The notes under the pieces: generated by a model | What the model was told of the DNA's origin: nothing | Databases searched by the model: none | What the model saw: the letters and a program-made list of their open reading frames with translations, nothing else | Made by a program: the position numbers and the translations under genes | Shown: positions 9,121-18,544 of the stretch, in pieces | Layout: the number at the start of each line of letters is the position of its first letter | Numbering within the stretch: position 1 is the stretch's first letter | Origin: Acidobacteriota bacterium | GTDB lineage: Bacteria > Acidobacteriota > UBA6911 | Length of the DNA stretch: 64,000 bases | Assembly (NCBI GenBank): GCA_963664705.1 | Contig: OY761556.1 | Coordinates: 3,712,001 to 3,776,000, forward strand | Direction of reading: 5' to 3'

Positions 9121-9245
9121 AATTTACCCTCACTCATTTTGAAGATTTGACTGCGGATGTACGATAAGGAGGAAGTGCCTGCAGCCGAAGTATCCCCGTT
9201 ACGAGCGCACAACAAACCTAGCAGGCTGTAAAGGAGTGCACCCTG

Positions 9246-9488
9246 ATGTCGGAAGAACACGAGAAAAAAGCGGGCAAGGTGGCTGCGCCTGGACTTGACG
9301 AGGAAATCGTTGCAGCTAAAGAAGGACCAACAGGGACTCGGAGGGAGATCATCAAAGCCGGGATCGCGGCAGTACCTATCCTATTGACTCTAAAAAGCAA
9401 ACCGGCGTGGGCGAAAGAGGATAAGTACACGCATTCTGACAAAATGTCAGCAACCCATTTTTCGCATCATCCTGACGACGCCAAATAA
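9246..9488 (+). CDS. Putative precursor peptide with twin-arginine-like signal (80 aa)
   Basis: AAGGAG SD; TRREIIKAGIAAVPILLTLKSKPAWA (RR motif, h-region, AxA site) followed by KEDKYTHSDKMSATHFSHHPDDAK; ends 8 bp before the PqqD-like gene. Confidence 0.75.
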   Translation: MSEEHEKKAGKVAAPGLDEEIVAAKEGPTGTRREIIKAGIAAVPILLTLKSKPAWAKEDKYTHSDKMSATHFSHHPDDAK

Positions 9489-9496
9489 TTTATCTG

Positions 9497-9781
9497 ATGT
9501 CCCCGTTCGCAGACGAAGTCTGGAAAATATCAAGCGGGTCTCGCTTGCATTATCGAAAATGGCAGAATGAATACGTTTTCTATAATGCGGGATCTGGCGA
9601 TACGCATCTATTGGATGCGGTTTCTGGAGAGGTATTGAGCTATCTGGAAAAGAACCCTTCGACGGTTGAACAGATTTCAGCCGCACTGGGATTTCCGAAG
9701 GATCCGGCTCGACGGGATCTTCTCCCTCAGATAATCCACCATCTTCGCAATGCATCATTGATAGAGCTTGAGTTGCAGTGA
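9497..9781 (+). CDS. PqqD-family peptide chaperone (RRE), HPr-rel-A system type
   Basis: WQNEYVFYNAGSGDTHLLDAVSGEVL..L...LRNASLIE pattern of PqqD/RRE; overlaps the kinase start. Confidence 0.85.
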   Translation: MSPFADEVWKISSGSRLHYRKWQNEYVFYNAGSGDTHLLDAVSGEVLSYLEKNPSTVEQISAALGFPKDPARRDLLPQIIHHLRNASLIELELQ

Positions 9782-10674
9782 AGATCGGCGAAGCTACCTA
9801 TTCACAGCTGAAGAGCCTGCTGATCGATCAGGGCCTGCCATTTCAATCCGGCCCCTTTTCGATCAAACTTCATACGGACATCCCTGCAATTATCCAGCCC
9901 CTGCAAACCCTGTACTGGGACTATGCGATTGATCCACAAAAGGAATTCTTCGATTTCCATATTTCGGTGAAACGGGCAAAGGGCCTCCGCCGATGGTGGA
10001 AACCGCAGGTCCGCTTTCTCTTGCAGAACGAATCTTTCTTTTTTCCCTTTCCCATTAGCCTTTCGTATCCACTATTCGAATGGGGGCTCAACTGGTGTAT
10101 ATCCTCCCAGGCAAATCAGTATCTTATTATCCACTCGGCTGTGTTGGAACGTAACGGTCAGGCCATATTTCTAACCGCATCCCCGGGAGCGGGAAAAAGC
10201 ACTCTTGCCGCGGCATTGACATTCCGTGGTTGGAGGCTTCTCTCAGATGAACTGGCTCTTATCCGGCTGACGGACACTCGCGTTGCACCATTGGCCAGAC
10301 CCATCAGCATCAAGAATGACTCTATCCCAATAATCAGAAACTATGCGCCTGAAGCGGTAATCGGCCCTATCTGGCATGACCCGGAAGGCACGGTTGCGCA
10401 CATTCGTCCGCCCCGAGAATGCGTCGACAAAGCGAACGAGCTTGCGAGACCTTCTGTAATACTCTTTATGGCCTACAAGCCCGATTCAAACACCGAAGTG
10501 ACGCCCGTACCCAAATCAAGGGCGTTTTTGAGGATGGGCGAGAACGCCTTTAATTACAGTCTGCTGGGAACAGCCGGGTTTGAAACCATGGCGAACCTGA
10601 TTGAGGCATGCAATATTTACGAGTTTTATTACAGCGACCTCGATGATGCAGTAGCGCAACTTGCATCCCTATAG
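9778..10674 (+). CDS. HprK-related kinase A
   Basis: FEWGLNWCI, IHSAVLE, Walker A ASPGAGKSTL, GWRLLSDELALI, RPISIKN, NAFNYSLLG. Confidence 0.88.
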   Translation: MKIGEATYSQLKSLLIDQGLPFQSGPFSIKLHTDIPAIIQPLQTLYWDYAIDPQKEFFDFHISVKRAKGLRRWWKPQVRFLLQNESFFFPFPISLSYPLFEWGLNWCISSQANQYLIIHSAVLERNGQAIFLTASPGAGKSTLAAALTFRGWRLLSDELALIRLTDTRVAPLARPISIKNDSIPIIRNYAPEAVIGPIWHDPEGTVAHIRPPRECVDKANELARPSVILFMAYKPDSNTEVTPVPKSRAFLRMGENAFNYSLLGTAGFETMANLIEACNIYEFYYSDLDDAVAQLASL

Positions 10675-10683
10675 CGGGCATAT

Positions 10684-11754
10684 ATGGCAGAACAAGCAAA
10701 TCTTCTGATAAAAGCCCTCTGTGATCCGAAAGCTGCCGGGGATTTCAGCCTTTCGGAATGGGACAGGTGTATTCGAATGGCCCGGCATTCCAATGTCTTA
10801 TCCCGGCTTTCGTTTTTGCTCAAAGACCAGACAGAAAGCGGACAGATTGCCGCGCCAGTACGCGAGCATCTGCTGGCCGCACGAGTCGTTGCGGATCAAC
10901 ACGAGCGCATCATGCGATGGGAGGTGAGGCAGGTTGAGCGTGTGTTGGGGCCGATGGCCAGGCAGACAATCCTGCTTAAGGGTGCAGCTTATGTAACCCG
11001 CGGACTTCCGCCTGCTCGAGGACGACTCTACTCCGACCTCGACATAATGGTCCCACTGAGCGAAATTGACAGGGTTGAAACAGCGCTGCTTCAAAACGGG
11101 TGGGAGCACATTAAGCTCGAGCCCTATGACCAGAGATATTACAGGCAATGGATGCACGAATTGCCTCCATTACGACATGGTGTGCGAAAGACCTGCCTGG
11201 ACGTACATCACACAATCCTGCCCCGATCCGGCCGTCTTCGCCCTGCTCCGGATCTGCTTTTCAAGGCAGCTGCTCCAATGGAAGGAACATACTTTCGGAC
11301 GCTCTCTTCGGCCGATATGGTTCTGCACTCGGCCGCGCATCTATTCCAGGATGGAGATCTTGCCGGTGGTCTGAGAGATCTGACCGATCTGGATGATCTG
11401 CTCCGATACTTTGACCTGCAGGCGGGATTCTGGGATGATCTGGTTTCAAGAGGAGAAACGCTGGGCCTCTTGCGTCCCCTGTTCTACGCACTTCGGTACA
11501 CACGGAAAATATTGGGAACGCCAATACCGGAATCAGTACGGATCAGGGCAGAGTCCGGATCACCACCGGCAATGGCTCTTAAAATAATGGATCACGCCGT
11601 ATCCCGGGCGCTCACTCCGCTGGAACCGGTTGCCAATACTCCAGGGGCAGGGTTTGCTCGATGGTTTCTCTACGTTCGTTCACACTATCTGCGCATGCCC
11701 CCTACTCTGCTCTTTGTTCATCTTCTGCGCAAAGCGGTCAGGCGTGCCCATTAG
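10684..11754 (+). CDS. Nucleotidyltransferase family protein (NTP_transf_5-like)
   Basis: ILLKGAAY, GRLYSDLDIMV (DxD), YYRQWMHELPP, LDVHH, LRDLTDLD. Confidence 0.88.
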   Translation: MAEQANLLIKALCDPKAAGDFSLSEWDRCIRMARHSNVLSRLSFLLKDQTESGQIAAPVREHLLAARVVADQHERIMRWEVRQVERVLGPMARQTILLKGAAYVTRGLPPARGRLYSDLDIMVPLSEIDRVETALLQNGWEHIKLEPYDQRYYRQWMHELPPLRHGVRKTCLDVHHTILPRSGRLRPAPDLLFKAAAPMEGTYFRTLSSADMVLHSAAHLFQDGDLAGGLRDLTDLDDLLRYFDLQAGFWDDLVSRGETLGLLRPLFYALRYTRKILGTPIPESVRIRAESGSPPAMALKIMDHAVSRALTPLEPVANTPGAGFARWFLYVRSHYLRMPPTLLFVHLLRKAVRRAH

Positions 11755-11777
11755 AAATGGCGGCAGGTACTGATCTT

Positions 11778-12668
11778 CTAGGAACTCAGGGCGGGCGTTT
11801 GATTTGAATACAATGGCAGCCTTTGAACAACTTCCGTAACCGTTCCGAAACGGAAGTCCGCAAGCAGATGCTCCAGCTTCTTTCGCATTCCGCTCAGATT
11901 CGTATAGTGCCGCAGTCTGGACTTTAAAGGAGCGTCGATTTGCGGCTGATCCGGATCGATCTCCCAGGGGTGAAAATAAACCATGGCCGGCTGCCGTTCG
12001 ACATTGTTGATTTCGCGGATCGCCCAGCGCGTAACTGCATACGGCAGGAGACGCAGATACCCGCCGCCAGCCGCTCCGATGTTATGGTTTAGTTTCCGCA
12101 TCGTGGAAGGGGGAAATTCCAATATGTGGTTTCGCCAGTGGGGAAATCGGCTTGATTCCGGCATTCCATACAGATCGTGATGCACGGGAAAAATGGAGGA
12201 GTCTATCCGGATGCCCACTTCGACGAGAATATCCAGCGCCCACAGCGTATCCCGGGCAATTGAAAAGCTTGGCGCCCGGTAGCAGAGAACAGGTTTCTGA
12301 CCCTGATCTGTCAACAGCCCCAGGGAACGTCGTGTATCTTCGCGAAATTGCTCGGGCGTCAGGCGCCGGATGTGCTGGTGGGCATAGCTGTGGCAGCCGA
12401 TCTCATGGCCGGCATTTGAAATCCTGCGCACCAGTGCAGGGGATTTTTCGGCAACCCAGCCAAGGACAAAAAAAGTCGCGGTGGTATTGTGCGCGGCCAG
12501 CAGATCCAGGATATTGTCGACATTCCGTTCAACCCGCAGTTGATATCCGGACCAGGCTGAGGGCGACACATGCTTTGCAAAAGCTTCAACGTGAAAATAG
12601 TCTTCTACGTCAATGCTGAACGCATTCAGGATTTTTTTGTCGGCTGAAATGAGATCCGTGTTCATCAT
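11778..12668 (-). CDS. XrtA-system polysaccharide deacetylase (TIGR03006/DUF3473-like)
   Basis: NAFSIDVEDYFH, ATFFVLGWVAE, HEIGCHSYAH, YRAPSFSI, GGGYLRL, YFHPWEIDP; start placed at MMN 12668. Confidence 0.92.
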   Translation of the reverse strand: MMNTDLISADKKILNAFSIDVEDYFHVEAFAKHVSPSAWSGYQLRVERNVDNILDLLAAHNTTATFFVLGWVAEKSPALVRRISNAGHEIGCHSYAHQHIRRLTPEQFREDTRRSLGLLTDQGQKPVLCYRAPSFSIARDTLWALDILVEVGIRIDSSIFPVHHDLYGMPESSRFPHWRNHILEFPPSTMRKLNHNIGAAGGGYLRLLPYAVTRWAIREINNVERQPAMVYFHPWEIDPDQPQIDAPLKSRLRHYTNLSGMRKKLEHLLADFRFGTVTEVVQRLPLYSNQTPALSS

Positions 12669-12764
12669 TAGCGAAGCCCATACTCTGACCTGGCGGACCG
12701 TCATCGACGGCGCTGGAGAGCCGGCCCACATTTTATTGACATGTCGCGTGGGCGGCTATCCTGA

Positions 12765-13661
12765 CTACTGGCCGTTTTTTTGAGAACTGCGGTAGTAATA
12801 CTGGTAATAGTAACGGGAAGTGGAAACCCGTTTCTGGCGGTTGATGACTATGCCACAAATATGGTCGCGTCCAATTCGATCCACTGCCTGCGCCGCAAGC
12901 TTCGCGGGAGTGGAATTCGCTCTCAGAACAAGAACCACGGTATCGCAGAGAGGGATCAGAAGATTAGTATCTGACAGAGAGAGGATTGGCGGAGAGTCGA
13001 CAATCACAAAGTCAAAGTTTTCCGCCGCAGCCTTCAGCAAACGCTCAAACTGCTGCGACCCGAGCAATTCCGATGGGTTGGAGGGAAGTGGCCCGGATGG
13101 CAGGAAACAGAATTCGGGATTCGCCGATTTGAGAATAGCCCGGTTGAAAGGTATGTTTCCGCGCAACACTTCAGAGAGACCGAGGGTATCCCCTGCTCCA
13201 TTGATGCCAAAACCGGCACCTGATCGAGGCTTTCTCATATCGGCATCAATCAGGAGTATTCGCTTCCCCGGCTCTTGAGCAAACACACCGACCAGCCCGG
13301 AAGCCGTAAAGGTTTTCCCCTCTTCCGGAACTGTGCTGGTAACAAGTACCGTCTTGATACCGCGCTGCTTTTGCATCAACCCAAGCCTGGAGCGCAAAAG
13401 CCGGAACTGTTCGCCTGCTACCGTAAGGGGCTCCAGCACATTTCTGATTTGCGGCGATGCGAGCGCGAGATCAAACCTGTCCGTTTCACAGATTTCGACA
13501 TCCACCGGAAGCTGTGCAGGTGGCATCACGTCAAGAGTGACTTCCGGTTTGAATTCTTCAACGGGTTCAGGCAAAGGCTCTGCAATCGCCGGCTCAGGCA
13601 CTATTGCCTTTTTCCTTCGTTCAGTTTCAGTCTTCTTGAGAAAGTCGAATATTTCGCTCAT
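12765..13661 (-). CDS. CpsD/CapB-family bacterial tyrosine kinase
   Basis: EQFRLLR, TSTVPEEGKT, LLIDADMRKP, IVDSPP, C-terminal Tyr cluster SRYYYQYYY. Confidence 0.92.
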   Translation of the reverse strand: MSEIFDFLKKTETERRKKAIVPEPAIAEPLPEPVEEFKPEVTLDVMPPAQLPVDVEICETDRFDLALASPQIRNVLEPLTVAGEQFRLLRSRLGLMQKQRGIKTVLVTSTVPEEGKTFTASGLVGVFAQEPGKRILLIDADMRKPRSGAGFGINGAGDTLGLSEVLRGNIPFNRAILKSANPEFCFLPSGPLPSNPSELLGSQQFERLLKAAAENFDFVIVDSPPILSLSDTNLLIPLCDTVVLVLRANSTPAKLAAQAVDRIGRDHICGIVINRQKRVSTSRYYYQYYYRSSQKNGQ

Positions 13662-13753
13662 TGGTCCCGCGGCATTTTTGCCGCCCATGTAAAGAGGTCG
13701 TGCGACCCCGCAGATGTGTTATCGACAGCCTTGACTCAGAACTTGTGCCTTAT

Positions 13754-15295
13754 TCACGCCGGCTTGCCTTTTCCAATTAGTTTCATTGCCCGGCCCGCCT
13801 TCACCGCGGGTATCTCGGAGATGGTCACCAACACCGGAAGCTTCAGGGCAAAGGACACCTCATCCTCATTGCTTAATGTGGAATCCAGCAACTCTCGGCC
13901 GAATGCCGCGCCGATTCCGGCAGCGAACCCGACACCAATTCCCATCCAGATAATCTGAATTCGATTGGGAAAGGAGGGTTTTTCCGGCATGTTCGGTTCA
14001 TCCATAACCCTGTAGGTATCGCTGTTTTTGCTGTTTTCCAGGTTCGCGGTCATCTGCGACTGAAACTTCTTGCTCTGCAGATTGGCATATTGCTGCTTCA
14101 AGGCTTCATAATCTCGAGAAAGCGCGGTAAACATCTGATCCAATGCCGGAGCCAGATTCAGCTTGCCCTGGTAGGTTTTGATTTCCGCCAGAATTCCCTC
14201 TTTCTCTTTTTCGCGTTTGGCTATTTCATTTCTGATGCTTTCGTTTTCCATTCTCAGTTCGGCCGCTTCCACATCCAACATGGATTCTGCCCCGGTAATC
14301 ACCCTCTCAGGCTTTGCCACGGCTGCGTTATCATCAGTGGATATCGGCGTATCGGCTGCCGCCCTTGCCTCCTCAATGCGCTTCAGTTCCTCCAATTCCC
14401 TCTTGAGCCGGATGACGTCCGGGTGGCTGGCGGTATATTTGACAAGCGCGTTGTTTAATTCTATCTGTTTGGCCGAAATCAACGGATTCGGTGGCACAAC
14501 ATTCCTGGCGGCTTTAGCCGGAGCTGATGGCGGGGGAGCGATAAGGTCACGCGTCAGAGTGCTAAGCCGCTTCTGCTCCTGGTTTCGCATATCCAAAAGC
14601 TTCAACAGGTCCCTGGCACGTTGAAGAGCGCTCTCGACAGCAGCCAACTGCGCCCTCGCTCCGCTCAACGCATTCATGTTGGTCGCAGCCTGCTCCGGGA
14701 GTTCCCCCAGGTGCTCCATCTTGAACTTTTTGATTTTGTCTTCCTGCTCCGCCAGGTTCTGCTGCGTCTGCCGCAATTGCTCATCAAGAAACTGATCCGC
14801 TTCCACTGCCCGGCTCTTTCTTGAAGAATTGCCGGTAGTGATCAGCGTTTCGACAATGCGCCGGAGAATCTGCTGCGCCTGTTGCGCCTCGGGGGCGGCA
14901 TAGGATATCGAAAAGACATTTCCGGCAGTACTCACTACCTGGATGTTTCTGCCAATGCCTGTAACGGCATAATCCATGGAGAAATTTTTGTCGTTCCCGT
15001 ACCCGAAGAGTCCGAATTCCGTCACCATGCGCTCGAGGAAACTCCGGCTTTGGATCTGAACTCGGATGGCGGCAATCTGCTCCTCGGGACTCGTATGATC
15101 GGACCGTACATAATCTTGGGAAATCAGGCCATTCTCAACGAGAATCCTGGCTTCCGATTTATAGACATTGGGAGTCCGCCAGCTGTATGCGGCGGCACCG
15201 GCACCCACCAGAATAAAGCATGCCAGTGCGTACCACTTCCTCCGCCACAATATTTTTAAGTACTCTAATGGCTCCAGGTTTCTGAAATCTTTCAT
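13754..15295 (-). CDS. Polysaccharide co-polymerase / chain length determinant (GumC/Wzc N-part)
   Basis: Two TM segments around a coiled coil, YTASHPDV, P.MPEKPSFPNR, LKLPVL. Confidence 0.9.
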   Translation of the reverse strand: MKDFRNLEPLEYLKILWRRKWYALACFILVGAGAAAYSWRTPNVYKSEARILVENGLISQDYVRSDHTSPEEQIAAIRVQIQSRSFLERMVTEFGLFGYGNDKNFSMDYAVTGIGRNIQVVSTAGNVFSISYAAPEAQQAQQILRRIVETLITTGNSSRKSRAVEADQFLDEQLRQTQQNLAEQEDKIKKFKMEHLGELPEQAATNMNALSGARAQLAAVESALQRARDLLKLLDMRNQEQKRLSTLTRDLIAPPPSAPAKAARNVVPPNPLISAKQIELNNALVKYTASHPDVIRLKRELEELKRIEEARAAADTPISTDDNAAVAKPERVITGAESMLDVEAAELRMENESIRNEIAKREKEKEGILAEIKTYQGKLNLAPALDQMFTALSRDYEALKQQYANLQSKKFQSQMTANLENSKNSDTYRVMDEPNMPEKPSFPNRIQIIWMGIGVGFAAGIGAAFGRELLDSTLSNEDEVSFALKLPVLVTISEIPAVKAGRAMKLIGKGKPA

Positions 15296-16653
15296 TGTAT
15301 ATTCCTGATGGGAGGTTCATAGTCGCTGCGCTTTCGGGACGGCCAAACATACTGCAATCCTGCGTAGGCACTGAATCGGTTCAATCCCAAACCGTCCACA
15401 GAGAAATTGCGCGCCTGCTGATTCTGATAAAAACTGTTAACGCTGAGGAAGAGATCCCGCAGCAGAACAAATTCGAAGCCCCCGCCACCGGAAAATGTCT
15501 TCAGTAATCCGTCATAATCCTGTTCGGTGCTTCGATAATAATAGCCCTGCAATCGAGCGCTAATCCTGGGTGTAATCCGATAGCCCAATTCGGCGCTGGC
15601 AATGTTGGAGGTCATCAGCCGTGAAATGCCTATTGCCGAAGTAAAGCCCCGCTGGTATGTCAAACTGAACATGGTATTTCTCGATGTATACCCTATTCCG
15701 CCACTCACGCTTTCGCCAAAGCGATTCCTGTTCTGATATTTTGTATACTCAACCCCTCCACTGGCAGATAAACTCCAAGAGTGACTCAATCGAAAATCAA
15801 AGCCGGCCAGCTGGAGGCGATGAATCTGAGCATCACGGGATTGCTCGTCAACGTAATTCAGATAGGTGGAATATTGGCTGGAAAAATGCAACCATTTCGT
15901 AAACTCGTATTCAAAGCGCCCACCAACATCAAAGGCATTAGAATTTCGTAAATTTTGCTGCGGATACTTGTAATAATTGAATCCACCAAAAACTCCAAAT
16001 TGGGCCTTTTTCGTCAGGCGGAAATCAGCAGCAGCCTGAAGGGAGTTTCGCGTTATCCGTTGCCTATTAAAGAGCACTTCATTTGAAAAGCTGGGTTCAT
16101 AATGCAATGGAGAGTAAAGTGACAGGAAGGACCAGGAATCATTGAAAGAGGATGTAAGCTGGTTTGTAATCTGGAAAGATGTCCGCTTGGACATCTGATA
16201 CGAATACTGCGCGTCCCCATAATAATCCCAGCTGTTTAAATCCCGATGTCTTTCGTAATAGCGATACCCCGCTCCGATATCTACATGAAATTTGGATTTT
16301 TTCCTGCCGGCATTAAAGAATGTTCTTGGCAGAACAGCCGAAATTCCAGAGGACTCCCTTGGCCCATACATAGGGGAGATATCTGTCGTATACGCCTGGT
16401 AGGCACTCAGAGAGAAGCCCCAACTGTTTCGGACGCTCTGAAAAACATCATCGACAAAGGTTTTTGCGGCTAGAGATTTCTGATTCTCCGTATCCTGAAC
16501 CGGGATAGGAATTGGCTCTTCGTTATCCAGCGTCGTATCGTTGGGTTCCTGGGCCGGGCATAATGGAGCGCTGAATAGAAGAATGGCCAGGCCAAGCCAC
16601 AATTTCATGTTTCCAAAAGCTAAACGATTTGAAGGTCTAATTTTATGGAACAA
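15292..16653 (-). CDS. Outer-membrane beta-barrel protein of the EPS export operon
   Basis: Signal peptide, alternating aromatic beta-strands, terminal AGLQYVW; lies between wza and the co-polymerase; may start at 16608. Confidence 0.75.
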   Translation of the reverse strand: MFHKIRPSNRLAFGNMKLWLGLAILLFSAPLCPAQEPNDTTLDNEEPIPIPVQDTENQKSLAAKTFVDDVFQSVRNSWGFSLSAYQAYTTDISPMYGPRESSGISAVLPRTFFNAGRKKSKFHVDIGAGYRYYERHRDLNSWDYYGDAQYSYQMSKRTSFQITNQLTSSFNDSWSFLSLYSPLHYEPSFSNEVLFNRQRITRNSLQAAADFRLTKKAQFGVFGGFNYYKYPQQNLRNSNAFDVGGRFEYEFTKWLHFSSQYSTYLNYVDEQSRDAQIHRLQLAGFDFRLSHSWSLSASGGVEYTKYQNRNRFGESVSGGIGYTSRNTMFSLTYQRGFTSAIGISRLMTSNIASAELGYRITPRISARLQGYYYRSTEQDYDGLLKTFSGGGGFEFVLLRDLFLSVNSFYQNQQARNFSVDGLGLNRFSAYAGLQYVWPSRKRSDYEPPIRNIQ

Positions 16654-17218
16654 TGATCACATCCCCGCTTTTGAGAACGATATTCTGTTGAAGGTTTCTG
16701 CCATCCGATACTTCCTTGAAGTTGAAGGGAAAGTTGATTGTTTTTCCCCCATCCTTCCGAACAACCAGTATCTTTTTTACTTTGGCTTCTTCCTTGAATC
16801 CGCCTACGCGCGCAAGCAGCTCAAGCACCGTCAAAGGAGATCCCAGATAATAAACTCCAGGCTTGGCAACCTGACCAACAACGGAGACCGATTGGCTAGC
16901 TATCTTTAATACGACGACCGTTACGGTCGGCGAAGCGACAAATTCCTTGAGCTTCTCCGTGATCTTATCCTGCAACTGCCTGGGCGTAAGTCCGTTCGCC
17001 TGGATCTCGCCAACCAGCGGGAGGCTGATCTTTCCATCGGGCCGAACGCCAACCTCTTTTACCGATAGCTCCGCCTCTTTCCAGACGTTCACCGCTAGAA
17101 CATCTTCCAGGCCGATGACAAAATCAGCAGAAATGACAGGCGGCGGTGGGGCTTGATTGGCTAACCCGGGAACCCCAGCAAGTATTGCTGCAAAAAACGT
17201 GAGCAGGAGAATTTTCAT
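16643..17218 (-). CDS. wza: Polysaccharide export protein (short OPX/Wza: Poly_export + SLBB)
   Basis: FVIGLEDVLAVNVW, VRPDGKISLPLVGEI, VSVVGQVAKPG, NIVLKSGDVIIVP. Confidence 0.9.
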   Translation of the reverse strand: MKILLLTFFAAILAGVPGLANQAPPPPVISADFVIGLEDVLAVNVWKEAELSVKEVGVRPDGKISLPLVGEIQANGLTPRQLQDKITEKLKEFVASPTVTVVVLKIASQSVSVVGQVAKPGVYYLGSPLTVLELLARVGGFKEEAKVKKILVVRKDGGKTINFPFNFKEVSDGRNLQQNIVLKSGDVIIVP

Positions 17219-17285
17219 TTTGTATCCCTCATATCAAATGTGTATATCGGCGGAAGGGAGAAAAAGCTTACTGGTGAGAGGATTT

Positions 17286-17316
17286 ATGCTACCGCCCGCA
17301 GCCGCAGTCCGTCAAT
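17286..17316 (-). promoter_or_regulatory. ops-like motif, or alternatively a sigma-70 promoter, upstream of wza
   Basis: Minus strand reads TTGACGGACTGCGGCTGCGGGCGGTAGCAT; contains GGCGGTAG and also TTGACG-N18-TAGCAT. Confidence 0.4.
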
Positions 17317-17485
17317 AAAAATTGATTTTTGACAAATATTTCACGTAGCTTGATTCGATTCAACTGATTGCTACATAATATCAACTCCCTCGCCGATATA
17401 GGAGATGCGCTGCGCGCAGTGCGTCTGCTCCGAATCGCGCAATGCAGCGATAATCTGATAAATACAAAATAGGGTCTCAAATATT

Positions 17486-18541
17486 GTGTCTGATAGCCAA
17501 TTTGTGACTGAGAGGGCGAAGCTGTCATTAGAGGAGTGGCGGCAATGGGACGATTACATCGATGCCCATCCTCAAGGAACCGTGTTTCATCTAAGCCAGT
17601 GGCAGAAGATGATTCAATCCTCATTCAATCACCAGCCGCGTCACCTCCTAATAAGAGAAAAAAACGGCCGCATCCGAGGTATTTTGCCGCTTTTCCTGGT
17701 CTCAAGCCGGCTCTTCGGCAGAATGCTCATTTCAACCCCACAGGCTGCCTACGGAGGCATTCTCGCGGACGATGAGGCAACTTCCGTCAGCCTGCTTATG
17801 GAAGCCCGGCGGGTCGCAGAAGAAGATAGCGTGCGGTTTCTTGAATTGCGCAATTTTCAAAACGACATCAAAAATACCGAGCTGCAGGTCAAAGATCTAT
17901 ATGTAACATTCCGGCAGGAACTCTTCTCTGACCCCGAGAAGAATCTTCTGGCAATACCAAGAAAAACGCGCGCGGAATGCCGGGAAGGGATCAAGAACGA
18001 ACTGGAATTCCGGACCAACGCAATTGGAGTTGACGAATTTTATTCGGTTTACTCGAGAAGCGTCCGCGATCTGGGCACGCCCGTATTCTCTAAACGGCTT
18101 TTCGCAAACGGACTGAAAGAATTCGGGCATAACTGCCGTATCTTTTCCGTGCATTCACAGGGCAAGTTGGTTTCGGCGGTCTGGACTTTGTTTTATAAAG
18201 ATGAAGTGATTCCCTATTATGGGGGGTCCATTCGGGAATATAACCGTCTTGGCGTGAACAACTTCATGTACTGGTCGCTTATAAAATATGGCTGCGAAAA
18301 TGGCTACAAGTTTTTTGACTTCGGCCGCAGCAAGAAGGGCACGGGCTCCTTCGATTTTAAAAAGCGTTGGGGGCAGGTCATGACGGATCTTCCATATCAA
18401 TATGCGCTTGTCCGTCAAAAGACTTTGCCAGACACATCCCCGCTCAACCCCAAGTTCTCGCTGAGCATTCGCATCTGGCGCAAGCTTCCACTTCCCATTG
18501 CCAACACCTTTGGCCCAATCATTGCAAACCATTTAGTGTAA
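17486..18541 (+). CDS. FemAB-related protein, PEP-CTERM system-associated (TIGR03019-like)
   Basis: WDDYIDAHPQGTVFH, LPL..V.SRLFG, S.P.AAYGG, RDLGTPVF, FDFGRSK.GTG..DFKKRWG, PLNPKF. Confidence 0.92.
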   Translation: MSDSQFVTERAKLSLEEWRQWDDYIDAHPQGTVFHLSQWQKMIQSSFNHQPRHLLIREKNGRIRGILPLFLVSSRLFGRMLISTPQAAYGGILADDEATSVSLLMEARRVAEEDSVRFLELRNFQNDIKNTELQVKDLYVTFRQELFSDPEKNLLAIPRKTRAECREGIKNELEFRTNAIGVDEFYSVYSRSVRDLGTPVFSKRLFANGLKEFGHNCRIFSVHSQGKLVSAVWTLFYKDEVIPYYGGSIREYNRLGVNNFMYWSLIKYGCENGYKFFDFGRSKKGTGSFDFKKRWGQVMTDLPYQYALVRQKTLPDTSPLNPKFSLSIRIWRKLPLPIANTFGPIIANHLV

Positions 18542-18544
18542 TCT

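Noticed and set aside
9497-10674. PQQ biosynthesis or canonical HPr kinase/PTS regulation
   Set aside because: No pqqABCE or radical SAM gene and no PTS genes nearby; motifs fit the HprK-related A family.
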